Shown: positions 1-14,157 of the stretch, one piece after another | Numbering within the stretch: position 1 is the first letter of the stretch | Layout of the letters: every line of letters starts with the position of its first letter | NCBI GenBank assembly: GCA_010093605.1 | Contig: MU004188.1 | Coordinates: 251,673-315,672, forward strand | DNA from: Lophium mytilinum | Taxonomy: Eukaryota | DNA length: 64,000 nt | Direction: 5' to 3' | Position numbers and translations under genes: made by a program | Notes under the pieces: generated by a model | Told to the model about the DNA's origin: nothing | Seen by the model: the letters and a program-made list of their open reading frames with translations, nothing else | The model's database searches: none

Positions 1-708
<708 letters not shown>

Positions 709-1712
709 TGAGGCAGATGGGACAACGGAGTAACACGAAAAGATGCTGTGCCACGGCCGTGTCTATGAGTGAGGAGTTGGACGGTTGGATTGGGCTACGA
801 GACGAAGCTCCTGATATCCAGGTACAAATATGCTCCTTGATGTCAGCAAGCCTGAACTGTCATAGCGAGTGGTTCTGATCAAACTCAAATAGGTTGATTA
901 GGTTTGCGATAGGTGGAACATTGCCTCTGCTACTTGTAGATAGGTAATACTATTCGATTGCATCCATTTGATGGGTGAAGACCCTCTCGTTTCAGCGTTA
1001 TGGTAATGACCAAACTTTATTCTAACCTCACATGTACCCCACCCCTTAACAAGCGGTTGGACCGTAAAAGGACTCTAGTATGTTGGCAATACTAAGTACT
1101 TATATTGTGAGTCTTATATCTCGAACATCTCCTCTGCGTCGCTGACTTTGTTTCCATCTCATTGCCGTTGAGTTGTCATTCCTCTCACATCGAAGGGGTC
1201 ATGTGCGCAAAACGAAACACCCCCCGAGAGGCTCCTGCCTCTTTTCCACGCTCGAGCTCAGCGGCATGGACTTCCTTTAGGGGCCTGCGCTGGCAGCTGT
1301 GGTAGCTCTAGATCTAACCCTTAGACGTTATCTAGCTCTCCGGACGCTGGTATATCTCTCATCTTGCAATATCAAATCATATACGAGTGGTCACAGTACT
1401 TTATCCCATTCCACCCTGACAAGTAATGCTACCGGAAGTCGCAGCAATACTGACTCGGGATATCTTCATTCGCTAAGTAGTAAGTGGAGGGTGTTGTTAG
1501 TGTAGAAGACCGGCGCCCGCCTCTCATCGGCTTATATTCCTATTCATTCACTACTCCGCTTGCTCGCCGCGTGTATAGAGGGTCCTCTATGTTACGTCCA
1601 CATCGGGCCTCCTACAACATTCCCACCCAAGCCACCACCCTAGCCACCACATCCTGACAACGCGTTTTCGAAACACCGTCTACGCCTACTCGAGGAATCA
1701 TTTTTTGTGCCC

Positions 1713-4700
1713 ATGTTCAGTTTGAAGAGTTTGTTTAAGTAAGTAAGCCACTCAAGCATGCAAGTCGGTCTGCTAACCAAGTCTAGGAAAGAAGAGCCAG
1801 TCGAGTTTGTCGTCGCCGGAGGGCATAGATTCGCCCTCAAACCTAAGCATGTCGCCGAAAGCCCCAGCTTGAGCCAACTCCCGGCTCCGATAATCATCCC
1901 GGATGTCGATAGGGAGACGTTCGCTTTGTTTGCGGAATGGCTGAAGGAGAAGTCACTCCCGAACCGCATTAGCAGTCCGTCGTTGTTCTGCAAGCTGTGG
2001 GTTCTAGCTGGGGCCGCTGAGCTTCCTCGGCTACAGAACGCGGTCATGCGGCGACTGCGTTCGAGTTTCATGTCGGCACATTCCAAGAGGTTGTCCGCTC
2101 GAGCCTTGGACTATGTATCGGCGACCACCGTTCCAGGAGTACCACTTTGGGACTTCGTACTAGAGTGGTGCGTACGAAGAGAGGCCAATGATGGCAAGAT
2201 GAGGGACGTCCCACCGGTATTATTTGCCGAGATGGTCAAGAGGTGGTCTGGGTTTGGATTCGAAACTTTGCGGAACACTAGGAGTCCAATCGAGCTTTAT
2301 CCAGAGGCTTTTGACGTTCAAATGCTTGAGGAACCAGCGCTTCGAAGCATTAGAGACGAAGAGTTCCGTGCAAGAGGAAGACCTTGGAAGCCGCGGACCT
2401 CCTTCGTGCTCAATCGGCGGACGGGAGAGTGTAGGATCATGAAGTGGCCACCAGAGCCCCAAGACCCTATCCTGATTCCTCTTCAGCATGCGCAGCCAAT
2501 ATTGGCATATCCTCCGCCTCAAACTTTTGATGCTCCTTCGCAGCCGCTCCCACAAAGACAGCCAATATATTACCCTCCTCAGTTACAGTACGGTGAACCT
2601 CTACCCACATTCACTCAACCTACAGGACCGCCTATGACATATGGCCCTCAGTTGCAGTACAGGGTACCTCCGCCTGTATTCGCTCCACCCACTGAATCAC
2701 CTGTGACAAATGGGCCTGTGAATGGGCCAAGTCCACAGATAGTACACCCTGGAGATAAGGTCTACTTCACTCCAGTGCGGGCGGATGCCCATTTTCCCAT
2801 GGAACGGAGTGAGCAGCTTCCTACTCTACGCGACGTGTATGATTACACGACGGATGACCCGACGGGGACCAACACTGATCTGTCCGACGACGTTTCTGTG
2901 GTAACAGTGATCGAAGAGCGGCAAGGTTCAGAGCAAAGGGAAGTTGAAACGACGTTGGTAGATATTACAGTTGAGAGTACTAGTACGACCACAAGCCACT
3001 CTTCCTCTGAAGATGAGCCTTCCACTCCGTCACGACGTCCACATTACCCGAGACCCAAGCGACCTTCTGGAGGATCTTCTGGTGTATTGACCCCAAGTTC
3101 GTCGAAAAGGGATGATCGAGTTCAGCGAAGCGATACCAGCTCATTATCGATTCGAACAACGTCTCAAGTTGCAGAGAATCATCGAAGATTCCTTGCTGAG
3201 GATTCGAATGTTGGTCGCCGTCGACACTCGCCTTCTCCGCCGCATCCGTCGATCGTGTGGGAAGAACTCCCGAGAACTCCACCCCGCGCGATATCCACCG
3301 AGCCCTACGCAAATTCACCACATCACTCGGCTACCTTGTCGGGTTCAAAGAAGAGGTCAAGCAGAAAATCTTCTGGCAAGAATCCTAGGGAATCACCTGC
3401 CTTCTCAATAACCGGATCCTCAAGTCAAGCTCTCTCCAGCATCAACAGTCAACCTCCATCACCTCCTTCCACTCCGCCCTCGGGCCGGCACGTTTACGAG
3501 TCCGTCGTATCTGAATCCTTCGAGACTTCTCGTCCGCGCACAGACGATGCATCTGAGACTTCAGGATCTCAAAATATTCCAGATCTAGCGGCTCTAGAGA
3601 TCGAGGACCGCATTCGCGGAGGTGTTCGACACCTGAGATTCAAGAATGTTCCGTACAGCAGAGCAGAGAAAGCGAGAGAAAGCGACTGGCCATCGTCACA
3701 ACCACTGAGGCCTCGGCAATCATCAGGGGATTACAAACAACCCGCCAAAGGTCAACCAGGGAGGAACTCGTCGAAGCCAGATCAGGCGCATAAAGGTTCA
3801 CCGCGTGGGGCTGACCGATCCCCGTCCTCTAAGCCGCAAGGTCCACCACGGAATGTTCGGAACGGATACAATAGAGACGCTCCTGAGACGTATGGCCAAG
3901 CAAAATCCGGTCATCGGTATCCTGGGCCTTCCTTCGACGCACTGCCCGCAAACACACGACCATCCAAAGATAAGAAGGTACCCCGCCAAGATTTCAGCGG
4001 CTCATATCAGGAAGCGGGTGATTTGGACGCAGGCATTCGAGTCTACAAGGGGCCGCTTAGAGGAAACAACGTACTTCAGCCAGACAGCGGGCGGCGAGTG
4101 TCATTCTCGGATATAGATGAAGTGAGGTTCATGAGCCCCATCGTCTCTGACAGTGACCCTGAGGGTTCTGCGACGGCAGGTGCGCAGCAAGACATGGCGA
4201 GAACGACAAGACGATACGACGAGAAGTCGTCAAAAACTTTATCTCAACCATCGAGGCACGGTACCTGGGTAGAGCAGCATGTCGCACAAGGTCTGAACTC
4301 GCATCCTCCAGCTACGGATGACCCTTGGGAAACTCGTTCGTCGGAAGATCCTACACCTAGACAGTTGCTAGGAAGCTACCCAGAGCCTGCAGTGCCCAGC
4401 ATGCCATCGAGCCCTACATCAGATGTGTCAAAGTCCTCAAGATCGTCACTCGATGCCCAGGTCGGAGGAAGAGATTCTCGGCTTGAGATTCCAGAGCCAG
4501 CGACTCAATCCGAATCGCAACCCGGGGAAATAGGCGGACAGAACGACCTGCCTGATCCTAACGGTACTCGTCGAGTCTCTTTCTCTGAGACCGACGAGCT
4601 GAATATCTTCAGTCCACTCTCCTCCGAGACCAACTCCGGGGACGGTGCCACTCAGCCACTTCCTGGTCAGCCGGTTTGGCCTGAGCTCGAGCAACCTGTG

Positions 4701-4871
4701 CCACCTTTGAGACCTCGATGGCCTCAAAACCTAGATCCGGCCCAGCGTCCCTATGCTGACCCCAGTATGATCGGATCGGACGATTCGACACTGGGCCAGC
4801 AGGACGCACCGCTGACATCGAGAGTGCCGGACGGTTTTGAACCGCCGAGCCGCCGTCGTCGAGAGGACTGA
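1713..4871 (+). CDS. Large protein with N-terminal BTB/POZ-like domain and long disordered Pro/Ser-rich tail; intron 1739-1786
   Basis: VEFVVAG...IIIPDVDRETFALFAEWL...CKLWVLA...LPRLQNAVM resembles fungal BTB domains; phase-2 intron GTAAGT..GCTAAC..TAG joins MFSLKSLFK to the 1758 ORF. Confidence 0.65.
2560..2716 (+). repeat. Coding tandem repeat of ~22 aa (PQLQYGEPLPTFTQPTGPPMTYG / PQLQYRVPPPVFAPPTESPVTNG)
   Basis: Visible in translation and DNA (cctcagttacagtac / cctcagttgcagtac). Confidence 0.7.
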
Positions 4872-5180
4872 GAAGTCTTTTTTTTTGTTTTAAAGAGGCG
4901 GCAGAGGCAACGCTGTATCATTACCGGTGTAGGTTTCATTATTATCATGTGTACACTCGTATGATAACGGCTGTTGGACCTTTCTTATCATGTAGCTGTC
5001 AGGCATCCATCCATAATATCACATTCATCATCAAGCAAACTTCAAGAGGGTCTTCAGCACTACAATATTGTGATTGTGTATGCGTATCTTGAACTCTCCC
5101 CTAGAGAGCGTCATTAGGATTTCCAAGAAATCTCAGGCGCTTTTGCTAAAGTCTGCCTCTAGATCCGAGGATCGGGTGAT

Positions 5181-6102
5181 CTAATGATCTCCTCTCGCGA
5201 GCCATTCCTTCGAAGCATCGTAGATCGCCGAGAACGCGGGATCAAGAGCAACGTATCTCTCAAAAGCTTTCTGATCAATCCGCTTTACCATATGAAGGAA
5301 GCCTACAACCACGAAGTCTGCGTATTGAACTAACCAGATGTCAGTATCTCGTAGTCCTCACTCTCGCAACACCATCTCAAGAAACCTACCCTTCTCGCCC
5401 CCAATGAACGGGCCTCCGTTCTTCTTAAGCAGCCCAGCCAATGCCGCCGCCGGCTCCCCCACCTTCCCCCAAGCTTTCTCGCCACCCTTCTCCTTCTCCT
5501 TCTCCGCCAAACTCACACCTCCCATTCGCGCTTTCCGATCCTCTTCGAACCATCCCGCTGACTTCTCCGTGAGGAGATTGCGAGGAACTGCTGTAATTAG
5601 GATAGGGGTCAAGGGCATGAAGGCGTCTCCAACCAATTTCTGTGCTTCGGCTACGAGAGGGGAGGACGGGTTGATTGGCGGGTCCGGGTAACGTTTCTCG
5701 AGCTCCTTGGCGATGGCCTTGGATTCCATGATGTAGGTGTCCTCGTCGAAGCGCATGGTCGGAATAGAGTAGGCGGTGAAGAAGTCGGGGTCGTCGGGAT
5801 CGTTCGGTGGGATCCCGCTTCGAGTTGATGAGCATTGTGTATTGGAGGCTGGGAAAATGTAATGTCATTGAATAAAATGGATAGGACTAACAAGGACTTG
5901 AAGAGGGGCGCGATATCTGGGTATTCAACCCATTCTGTCTTGTAGTCGACTTTCTTGAAGTTGAGAGCGAGGCGGGCTGGGAATGTTAGAGTATGGTGAT
6001 AAGCTGGTGCCTGACCTGAGGGGACATACTCTTCCAAGGGTTCAATGACCAGCACTCAAGCGGTTCCCTGCTAGGAATGTCATAGAGGATTGGGATTGGC
6101 AT
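5181..6102 (-). CDS. Glutathione S-transferase-like protein (GST_N plus C-terminal helical domain), 4 exons
   Basis: MPIPILYDIPSR..CWSLNPWK, ARLALNFKKVDYKTEWVEYPDI, YSIPT..YIMESKAIAKELEKRYP, GPFIGGEK, YADFVVVGFL; ends WLARGDH*. Confidence 0.85.
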
Positions 6103-7093
6103 AGTTGCGAGTATAGTGCTCAATGCTTGAGGTCTTGAAGAATTGATAGAATTGAGACAGTTGAAAATATATAGAATGCAGCAGGATGATCACTCTGTAT
6201 TACCTGATGGCCGCCCGTATGTCCGTTGGACTGCATTACTAATGCACCCAATTAAGCAAGCGGGCTAGTACGTTGAGCTAACCTCACCTGTCCTTCGAAG
6301 GAGGGGGAATCACTTGTCCCGTATCCGTACTCCGCACCTGGACGACAACCTGTGTACAATTACCTGGCACTGTTTGCAGTGCTTCAACATACCTTTAAAC
6401 GGCTGGAAGAAACTGCTTAGACAAAGTCGATAACCCTGTAGGCTACCCCGGACGACGTCACTTTCCACTCAAAAGGCTCTTCGGTATGCTTACATTTGTG
6501 CTAGGTCCGTAGGCGCGTAGGGAAGTGCTCCATTTATATATGACAAAGGCGCGGATGGCATTGTGTCAGCAGCACGACCGTGGCGTTTTGATGTCTTTTG
6601 GCCCCCAACGCCACTAACCCCTTCATCTTATCGTTCCCGGCACCCCCTGGCCTAAAAAAAAACGGCTGTTTTGGCCCCCAACTAAGGGTCTTTCCGCTGT
6701 GAAGTCTCTCTCAGACACATCGGGGTGAAAGGCCGGTCAAGTCTGACCTCCGTAAGGCGGAAGCAACAGACTTGTGACCAACCACACTCATAGCACTCTT
6801 ACCGAGGCTGTGTCTTGCTGCAGGGGCGCACACCATCCAGCAAATCGTGTTTAAGCGGATCCCCGGCATTCAGGGATTGGGCACCTCAAGGCGTTGGTGG
6901 ACGTCCCGAATGGTTGCAGTTTAGGCTGCGTTCATCTATCGCGCCTCCCGCCCCCAACGGCCGGCAAGCTCGGTCGACGCGTATATGCTATGTATATCCG
7001 TGCCCTGGAGGGCTTGCTCTTTCGTGATCCTTTACCTCGCCTTTCCCCAACACCATTCTCCATTTTCGTCTTGATTTGCAGCCAAGCGCGGGA

Positions 7094-9341
7094 ATGGCGT
7101 CGACGCCCCCTCAACTGCCGCCATTGCAACTCGTTCACAGCGCTCAAAGCGACAGCCTTATCGAAAACGGAAGACATGGTCGTGCATCGCCAGTGAGTTC
7201 GGTTGATTCTCACGCCAGCCACGGTCATGGAGACGTAGCGGATGGAATTCCCCTCCAGCGTGTATCGAGTCACAGCCCTACGGAAGCCACGCACGAAGAG
7301 GACTACGTTTCGTTACAGCATCGCCAGAGCCACTATTCAACAGAAGCTCCTCACGATGGAGATGACATTTCATTACGACATCGCTCAACCCATAGCTATG
7401 TAGGAACGCCAGGAGGGGAATCTCATTCGACTTTTCAACGAGTGCGCGGCCAAAGACCAGCCAGCGAGGCTTTCGCGAAAGAGGGAATCGCAAACGCATA
7501 TGAAACATATAATTCTACGGATTCCGAGCCCTTATTCGTCAACGGGGTAGCGAGACGGCAATACAACTACCACGACTCCCGCAAGGAGCTTTTCCGCACC
7601 GGCTTCGTGAGGCTTCTGGTAACCTTCATTTTCAGCCTTCTGATCTGTCTGACCCTCAAGGCGTATGAAGGTTTCAAAACGCCAATCATTCTGAGCAACC
7701 ATGCAGTCAGAATCTTCAACGCCCTTATGCTGGGGTTATCGCTAGGGCTCGGTCTGAACTTGGCATCCTCGCTGAAAAAATACGCCGTTACTCTGCGCTG
7801 GTCGCTGCTGGCCAGACGATTCGTTTCCCTGGAGACCTTCGATTTGATTCTAGGAATAGAGACACTTACTAAGGTGTTGAGGTTGATGATCGAGTCAATG
7901 CCAGGCATACGTTCCGTGCCTTTACTTCGTGAAATTCCTTGGATCAAGAACAAACCAAGAGACGGTCCACTGTACACCCCAATATTCTGCATGCTTTGGC
8001 TTCTTACGAACATCGGCGCTCAGATTCTTGTTGCCGCCCTGAGTCTTTTCTGGCCCGTAGATCCTTCTTCAGCAATGCCTCTCTTCGTCCACGGAAACGT
8101 CTCTGTGTCCGATATGACCAATTGGAACCCAGCCGCGGGCGCGCAAGAGACCAATCAGTCACAGCTAGCAGCTGCAAATGCCTACGGGATTCAAGCTGAG
8201 AACTACCCTGTGGTTTCCATATTGGAGGACAAGAGTAGCGGCGTCGCATCTCAACGAAACACTATCTTGGAAGGCGACGGTTTTCACAAGTACAGGTTTT
8301 TGAACCGTAATCCCGACCATCCGTACGATAATGTTTTAGCGTCTGGCCGCACCATCCGTGCGAGCGCATCTTGCCAACAGCTAGCCGTGAAAGGAAACAC
8401 CCTATACAAGGATGATGATGGCCAGCTCTATGCCAACGCGACGGTAAGTTTTACAGAACCTGGGAGGACTTATTCCATGTGTCTAACAGCGTTAGCTCGA
8501 AAACGGAGATTGGCAAAGGATTGAAGTGCCGCAATGGGTCGAGGGCGGCGTTACCTGGGTTGCATCACATGAAGAATACTGCGGCCCGCGCTGCACAAAC
8601 CTGACTGTGTATCAGACCCCAAATGAAATCGAAGTCTTCTCTGCGGCCTTGTTCCTGTGCAACAGCACATTGGACCACGTCCTAGACGGCGATTCTGATT
8701 TCAGCCATCTTAGCGACGAAGACTGGAAGCATATCAACGGTACTGACGACTTTGCCCGTATCGCAGCCGGCGCGATCGCTTGGACAGGATATACCATGTC
8801 AGGCCATGAGACTTTCCAATGGCAAGGTTACTTGGGTCGCGGTGGGTCAAAATGGAGCCCCCCGCACCCGGTAAACAGAACGGAGATTGAGTCGTTGCTG
8901 TCTCAGTTCACTATCGGAGCCCTCGCCGCGCTTGACGATCACGGCCCTGCATACATCGTCTTGAACCAGAATTCTCGTCCCGTTCAAGGCCAGCAACTAA
9001 ACGTGGACTGGGGCTATATATTAGGGATCCTAGGCAGTATTCTGGCGATTCAATTTGGGGCCCTAGTGCTCCTACTCGCGTTTGCGAATAAGGGCAAGAT
9101 CTTGGATGAGAGTTTCTTCTCTATTGCAATGCTGCTGAGGCCGGTAATGGACCGGCTTGGTGAGTCTGGGAGGGGTTTGAGCGGGAGCGAGATCATGGCG
9201 CATCCTATCGTCAGGAATCACTGGATCAAGTACGGTTATCACGATGAGGCGGAGGGTGTGGACAGAAACGAGCTGCTATTTGCAAGTGATGAAACATCGA
9301 GACCGAGACTAAGGGCATGGCAGCCTGGGATCTACTCTTGA
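7094..9341 (+). CDS. Uncharacterised fungal multi-pass membrane protein; intron 8444-8495
   Basis: ORFs 7076-8524 and 8526-9341 joined in frame by GTAAGT..CTAAC..TAG intron; about 4 hydrophobic segments and a Cys/N-glycan-site-rich luminal region. Confidence 0.75.
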
Positions 9342-9926
9342 GATAAGGGTCGAAGAGAACGTACTTTACATTATTTGACGCGGAGGAAAAGGAGAATGAA
9401 CGATTGGGCATGTAAGCGCACATTTTCCTTCCAGGACCTTGCACATGCAATGCAACTCGGAACTATGGTTGAAACATTCGGCTTGTGAATCTGCCTCATG
9501 TAGTCGAATCAAGGTTTAAGGCCTCCTGCGTGGAATTGTCTAGCGTAATCGCAAATCGCACCTCTCTGGAAGGGTAGATATGAAGAGGGCCAGCAACCAA
9601 CTCACAGTAGAAACAGCAGAGGATACCCCGCCCCTGCCGCCGCTAAACTGAAATAGCTCTATATATCCACCACTCCCACTTTTGCGTATTGAGTGCATGT
9701 CCAACGGAAAGCCCTTCAACAAGTGACTGCTACTAAATGAAGTTATCTCAAACTTACATACGTCACTCACTCTCAGACCTGCAAGATTTCAAGCCTCATA
9801 CTCCTTTCATCTCGCAATCTTACTAGTATACGAAAACGCAACAGCTCTCTCTTTCTCTCTCCCTTCCATATCGTTTCATCCCATTTCATTTTCTCCAACA
9901 TCGAACATTTCAATCCCTCTCCCACA

Positions 9927-10821
9927 ATGTCCCTCCAAGACAAAGTCGCCATCATAACCGGCGGCTCCCGCGGCATCGGCGCCGGCATCGCCATCGAGCT
10001 CGCCCGCCTCGGCGCCAAAATAGTCCTCACCTACGTCTCCCCCCCCGACAAAGCCGCATCTGTAGTCTCCACCATCAAGGCCGGTGGCAGCGACGCCATC
10101 GCCCTCCAAGCCGACTGCATGGACCCGTCCTCGCCGCAGAAGATCGTTAGTGCTGCCATCAAAGCTTTTGGAGAGCAAATCGACATCATCGTCAATAACG
10201 CTGGCGTGGGCGACGAGTTGTACCTCGAGGACTGCACGCTCGAGCATTTCGATAAGGTGTTTTATACGAATGTGCGGTTTCCGATGTTTTTGGTGAAGGA
10301 GTGCTTGAGGTATTTGCCTAGGGGGGGTCGGGTGGTTAATGTGTCGAGTGTTTGCGCGCGGCAAGGTATGTGCTGATCTAACATGTTGAAGAAAATCGAG
10401 GGAACGAGATAGGTAGCTGATGAGAGACGTGTAGGATGGCCCATGCAAACCGCGTATTCAGCCTCGAAGGCGTGCATGGAAAGCTTCGCGAAGACGTGGG
10501 CGGCGGAACTGGGACATAAGTATGGAATAACTGTCAATGCGGTCAACCCGGGCCCTGTGGCTACGGATATGTGGAAGTAAGTGGTTTGCATAAGTTCCAT
10601 TGGTCTCTACCTAAGAAGAGAAGCTGATGGATATCCAACGTAGCGCTACTCCGGTTGATGCAGTTCCTGGCATGCAGAATTATATCGACATAACGCCGGC
10701 GGCTCCAAGGGTTGGCGAGGTTGATGATGTGGCTCAAGTCGTTGCTTTCCTTTGCGAGGAAAGGTCGAGATGGGTCACTGGGTCAACGGTCTGCGCGAAT
10801 GGGGGAGCGTGTTTCGTGTAG
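9927..10821 (+). CDS. Short-chain dehydrogenase/reductase (FabG-like), 3 exons
   Basis: TGGSRGIG, NNAG, VNVSS, YSASK catalytic motif, VNAVNPG; two GT-AG introns. Confidence 0.92.
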
Positions 10822-10972
10822 AGCGTACTCACGGCAGTGGAAAGCGAGTCTGCACCAGGGATGTTCTGGCAAGTTTGAATTTGGTTGCACGAACGACGAC
10901 TGAAGTTTGGAGACTAATGGCAGAGTTGCAAGCACCCTTCAAGTATAAGTCAACTCTCCGCAGGCCCAAAAT

Positions 10973-12023
10973 CTAGTGACTCGACACCTCCTTGGCCCTC
11001 TTGATAGCCGCCTTCGTGGCTTCATCAAGGTCCTCCTTCGGCAAGCCAAGCACCTCATTGCTCACTCCCCGAGTCTTCTCGAAATTGCCGCTGTCATCAG
11101 GATAGAAGACCCGGGTGTACATCATCCTGACGAAGCCGCTCCGATCACCCCCCTTCATCGCCTCGATTCCTGCCGCCCACCGCTCATGGCTCGGCTCATT
11201 GCTAATCTTCCAGTCCTCCAGCTTGTCCCCAGTCACACGCAGAACCGACTCGAGCATGTCCTTCTGCGAGACCGTGAACGAGTTCACATAGACCTGCTTA
11301 TTCTTGAAATGCTCCAAAGACTTCTCCTCATTACCTCCCTCAGGCTTCACAGGCAGGCTCAATAACGCCGCCACCGCCCTCCCCACCTGCGGCCACGTGC
11401 TCGTGCTTTGCTTCGTCGCACCATCATCGAAGAACGTAACCTCCTTCTTCTCAAAGTCGAAGCCGTACGAATTCGGTATGGACAAACTCCACTCGTACCA
11501 AAAGCCGCAAGTAACAGCGACGTAGTTGCTCACCCCAATGGAGGCAAGCTCCTTCTGCGCGCCGGCCAGCTTCCCAAATATGAAGACGTCCTTGCATAGA
11601 CCGGGATGCGCGGAGTCGGGCGCCCATTCGTTGGGGAAGACCCAGGGGACGCCGGCGTCGGCAGCGGCGCGGAAGAGCTTCGATTGTGTGTCCGGGGGTG
11701 CCATGGTGCCCATGGTGATTACGAGGGCGTCCTGGCCTTTGAGTGCGGCGACGAGGGAGGAGGGGTCGTCGTAGTTGACGGGTGCGGCCTTGACGCCGGC
11801 GGGAAGGGTGGCATTGGAGCTGGCGCGAGTGATGGCGGTAACGTTGTGTTTTCCTGTGGCTAGGAGGGAAGAGACCATGTAGGAGCCGCTGTTGCCGGTA
11901 GCCTGGGGTGGGTTAGCTGGAGCTATGGAGGTTTGAGAGTGGCCAAGAAGAAAAGGTGAGGAAGCCATGAGGAGCTGCACTTACGCCGACAATGGCGACG
12001 TTCTTGATGCGGTTGGACGACAT
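10973..12023 (-). CDS. NmrA/isoflavone-reductase-like oxidoreductase (CipA-like), 1 intron
   Basis: MSSNRIKNVAIVG|ATGNSGS, LKGQDALVIT, AGVPWVFPNEW, TCGFWYEWSL. Confidence 0.88.
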
Positions 12024-12939
12024 TTTGAGAACAGAGGAGGCGGCTCGAAGCATAAGCTATTTGAAGCTGTGATGGCTCGAGGGTAATATGGAACGAGAAA
12101 GAGCTGGAATGCTCGAATGAGATATCGAAAGAAGAGATGGAGCGAATTGAGTACTGGATGCAGAAAAAGAAACCTCAGGGAAAGTACCTTCTTATATACA
12201 CATTCTGCTCAGACATTCGGAATTGTTCAGCGACATTGGTCTAACTCTACTTCGCATATTTCGTACATCGGACAACCAGGGACGTTGCAAGGGAGACTGC
12301 ATAGTCTAAACGACGCCTCGCGAACTACTTCTCCATTATCTCTCAGGTGATGCCAGTGACTGGCCCGGAGAAGGGTCGGTTGACGTCGGAGATCTAGATA
12401 GCGCTGGCGAGATCTCAATGAGGAAATCGGCTAACCTGTACTCGTACAACTATATCTTGGCATACTGTCTGGCTTTATGACTTCATGGCGCGTATTGAGA
12501 CATATGTAAACGAGTTTGGGCTAGTGCAGACTGCGAAGTCCCATGCGACAAAGCGGAGTTAAGTTATTGTTACAGATGGAGATAGGAGACGGTTCGGCGG
12601 AGGTATGTACAAACATGTGCAGTATGTACCACGCGGGGCATGAAAGTAGTGGCACGCTCTTCCAAGCACTCCGTCTCTTGTCCACTTATCTGCCACGAAA
12701 CGAGCCTTCCTTTGACCGTAGGCTTGATCTCATCTCTTACACAAAACATCATAATATGTAGCTCATGAAATGACCCCACGGCACGTGACAGCTACTATAT
12801 CCCGTGCGCTCGCGAAGACTCCCTGTCTGTGCTGAGTCTCAACCTTATCGCGACTCGCGACGCGTCCGACGAGTGCATGTCAACCAAATCATAATCCCGC
12901 CCGTCTGGCCTTGCAAACATCAAATATCCATCGTTCATT

Positions 12940-14157
12940 ATGGCTAAAACGAGGGGCCACGCGCTCAAAGAAGCCGCCAACAAACCCAAAACGAGGGGCC
13001 AAACGATCAAAGAAGCCGCCAACAAACCCAGGGAGCGAAATCAGGCCGTGCGCAAGACGTCGAAGCCAAAGAAGTCTGTGAAGACGAAAATGTCCGCGAA
13101 AACGAAGAACCTTGCATTGCACGCTGCTCTAGCAGCCGAAGATACAGCTGCAGACAGCTCTGATACTCGTCAAGCCAAGCCCAAAGATGCCGCTCAAGTT
13201 TCCCGTACCGGGTTCCTGAGCCTTTCCGGCGAACTACGGAATGTCATCTATCAGCAGACTCTTGTATATGACGAAAAGATAGTGGTTGGATGGGGCGATA
13301 CCAAGAAAAAGCGACAATACCAAGATCCCACCGCTGTTCTGCCGACTGGGGTACCTGCCCTCCTCCAAGTCTGTCGCCAAATTCGCGAAGAGGGTCTCTC
13401 GGTCTTCTATAGCGAAAACACCTTCGTCCTGCACTACGAGTTCCGGGCGTGGGAATTGAGGCACTCACCCCGCAACTTCAAACGCTTCATGGACTGGTGT
13501 GCCGTCCTTGGACACAACATCAGATGGTTGAAGAAGATTCGTCTGTGCTTTAGCTGCACAGGCAACACGGTGGAGATGTGGCGAGGAAAATTGGACATAC
13601 TTCCCCTTTTAGAGTTTGCTGTCGATCATTCTGACGTCTCCATTGAGGTTACAGAAGTATGGGTCCCAGACTGCTGGCATGGAGGTAGGGAGTGTATCTG
13701 TGTGCGGCCAGCTCTATCTGGACATTCATGCGTCTGCGAGTTCCGACAAAAGGGTTTGTCTGGATGCTGCTGTACCTCTAGACCTGGGAATACCCAGTTA
13801 TGTCAGCTAGCAGATATGTTCCCAATTTTAAAAAGCCCGGAATGGATTGATGAGATCAGGTCCGGCAATATCGCAAGGCTCCTTGTTTGGCTTGTTACCC
13901 CACCAGGGTTGTCACGGCCTCTGGAAGCTTTTAACCCTACCGTCTGCCAAGTCACCTACGGCTTCCACGCTGCTCACCAGTTGAAAGACAAGGAGAATCT
14001 ACGCTTTCTTTGCCAGAAACTCAGCTTGCCGTACTGCTTTGACTTGAGACGGCAAAGTTTGTATGGAACCAGTTTCGTCAAGAGAGTTGAAGCTAAGTCG
14101 GGAGTCCATACGACCGGGATGGGTGCGTTCTCTAGATGGACCTCATGGAATGCATAG
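12940..14157 (+). CDS. Hypothetical protein: Lys-rich repeat N-terminus plus F-box-like (2EXR-type) motif; paralog A
   Basis: 405-aa single-exon ORF; GFLSLSGELRNVIY and PALLQVCRQIREEGLSVFYSENTF. Confidence 0.75.
   Translation: MAKTRGHALKEAANKPKTRGQTIKEAANKPRERNQAVRKTSKPKKSVKTKMSAKTKNLALHAALAAEDTAADSSDTRQAKPKDAAQVSRTGFLSLSGELRNVIYQQTLVYDEKIVVGWGDTKKKRQYQDPTAVLPTGVPALLQVCRQIREEGLSVFYSENTFVLHYEFRAWELRHSPRNFKRFMDWCAVLGHNIRWLKKIRLCFSCTGNTVEMWRGKLDILPLLEFAVDHSDVSIEVTEVWVPDCWHGGRECICVRPALSGHSCVCEFRQKGLSGCCCTSRPGNTQLCQLADMFPILKSPEWIDEIRSGNIARLLVWLVTPPGLSRPLEAFNPTVCQVTYGFHAAHQLKDKENLRFLCQKLSLPYCFDLRRQSLYGTSFVKRVEAKSGVHTTGMGAFSRWTSWNA
12946..13029 (+). repeat. 42-nt coding tandem repeat x2 (KTRGxxxKEAANKP)
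   Basis: aaaacgaggggcca...caaagaagccgccaacaaaccc twice. Confidence 0.9.

Noticed and set aside
5181..12023. GST, SDR and NmrA genes as a secondary-metabolite cluster
   Set aside because: No backbone synthase, transporter or cluster regulator; the P450 is 37 kb away
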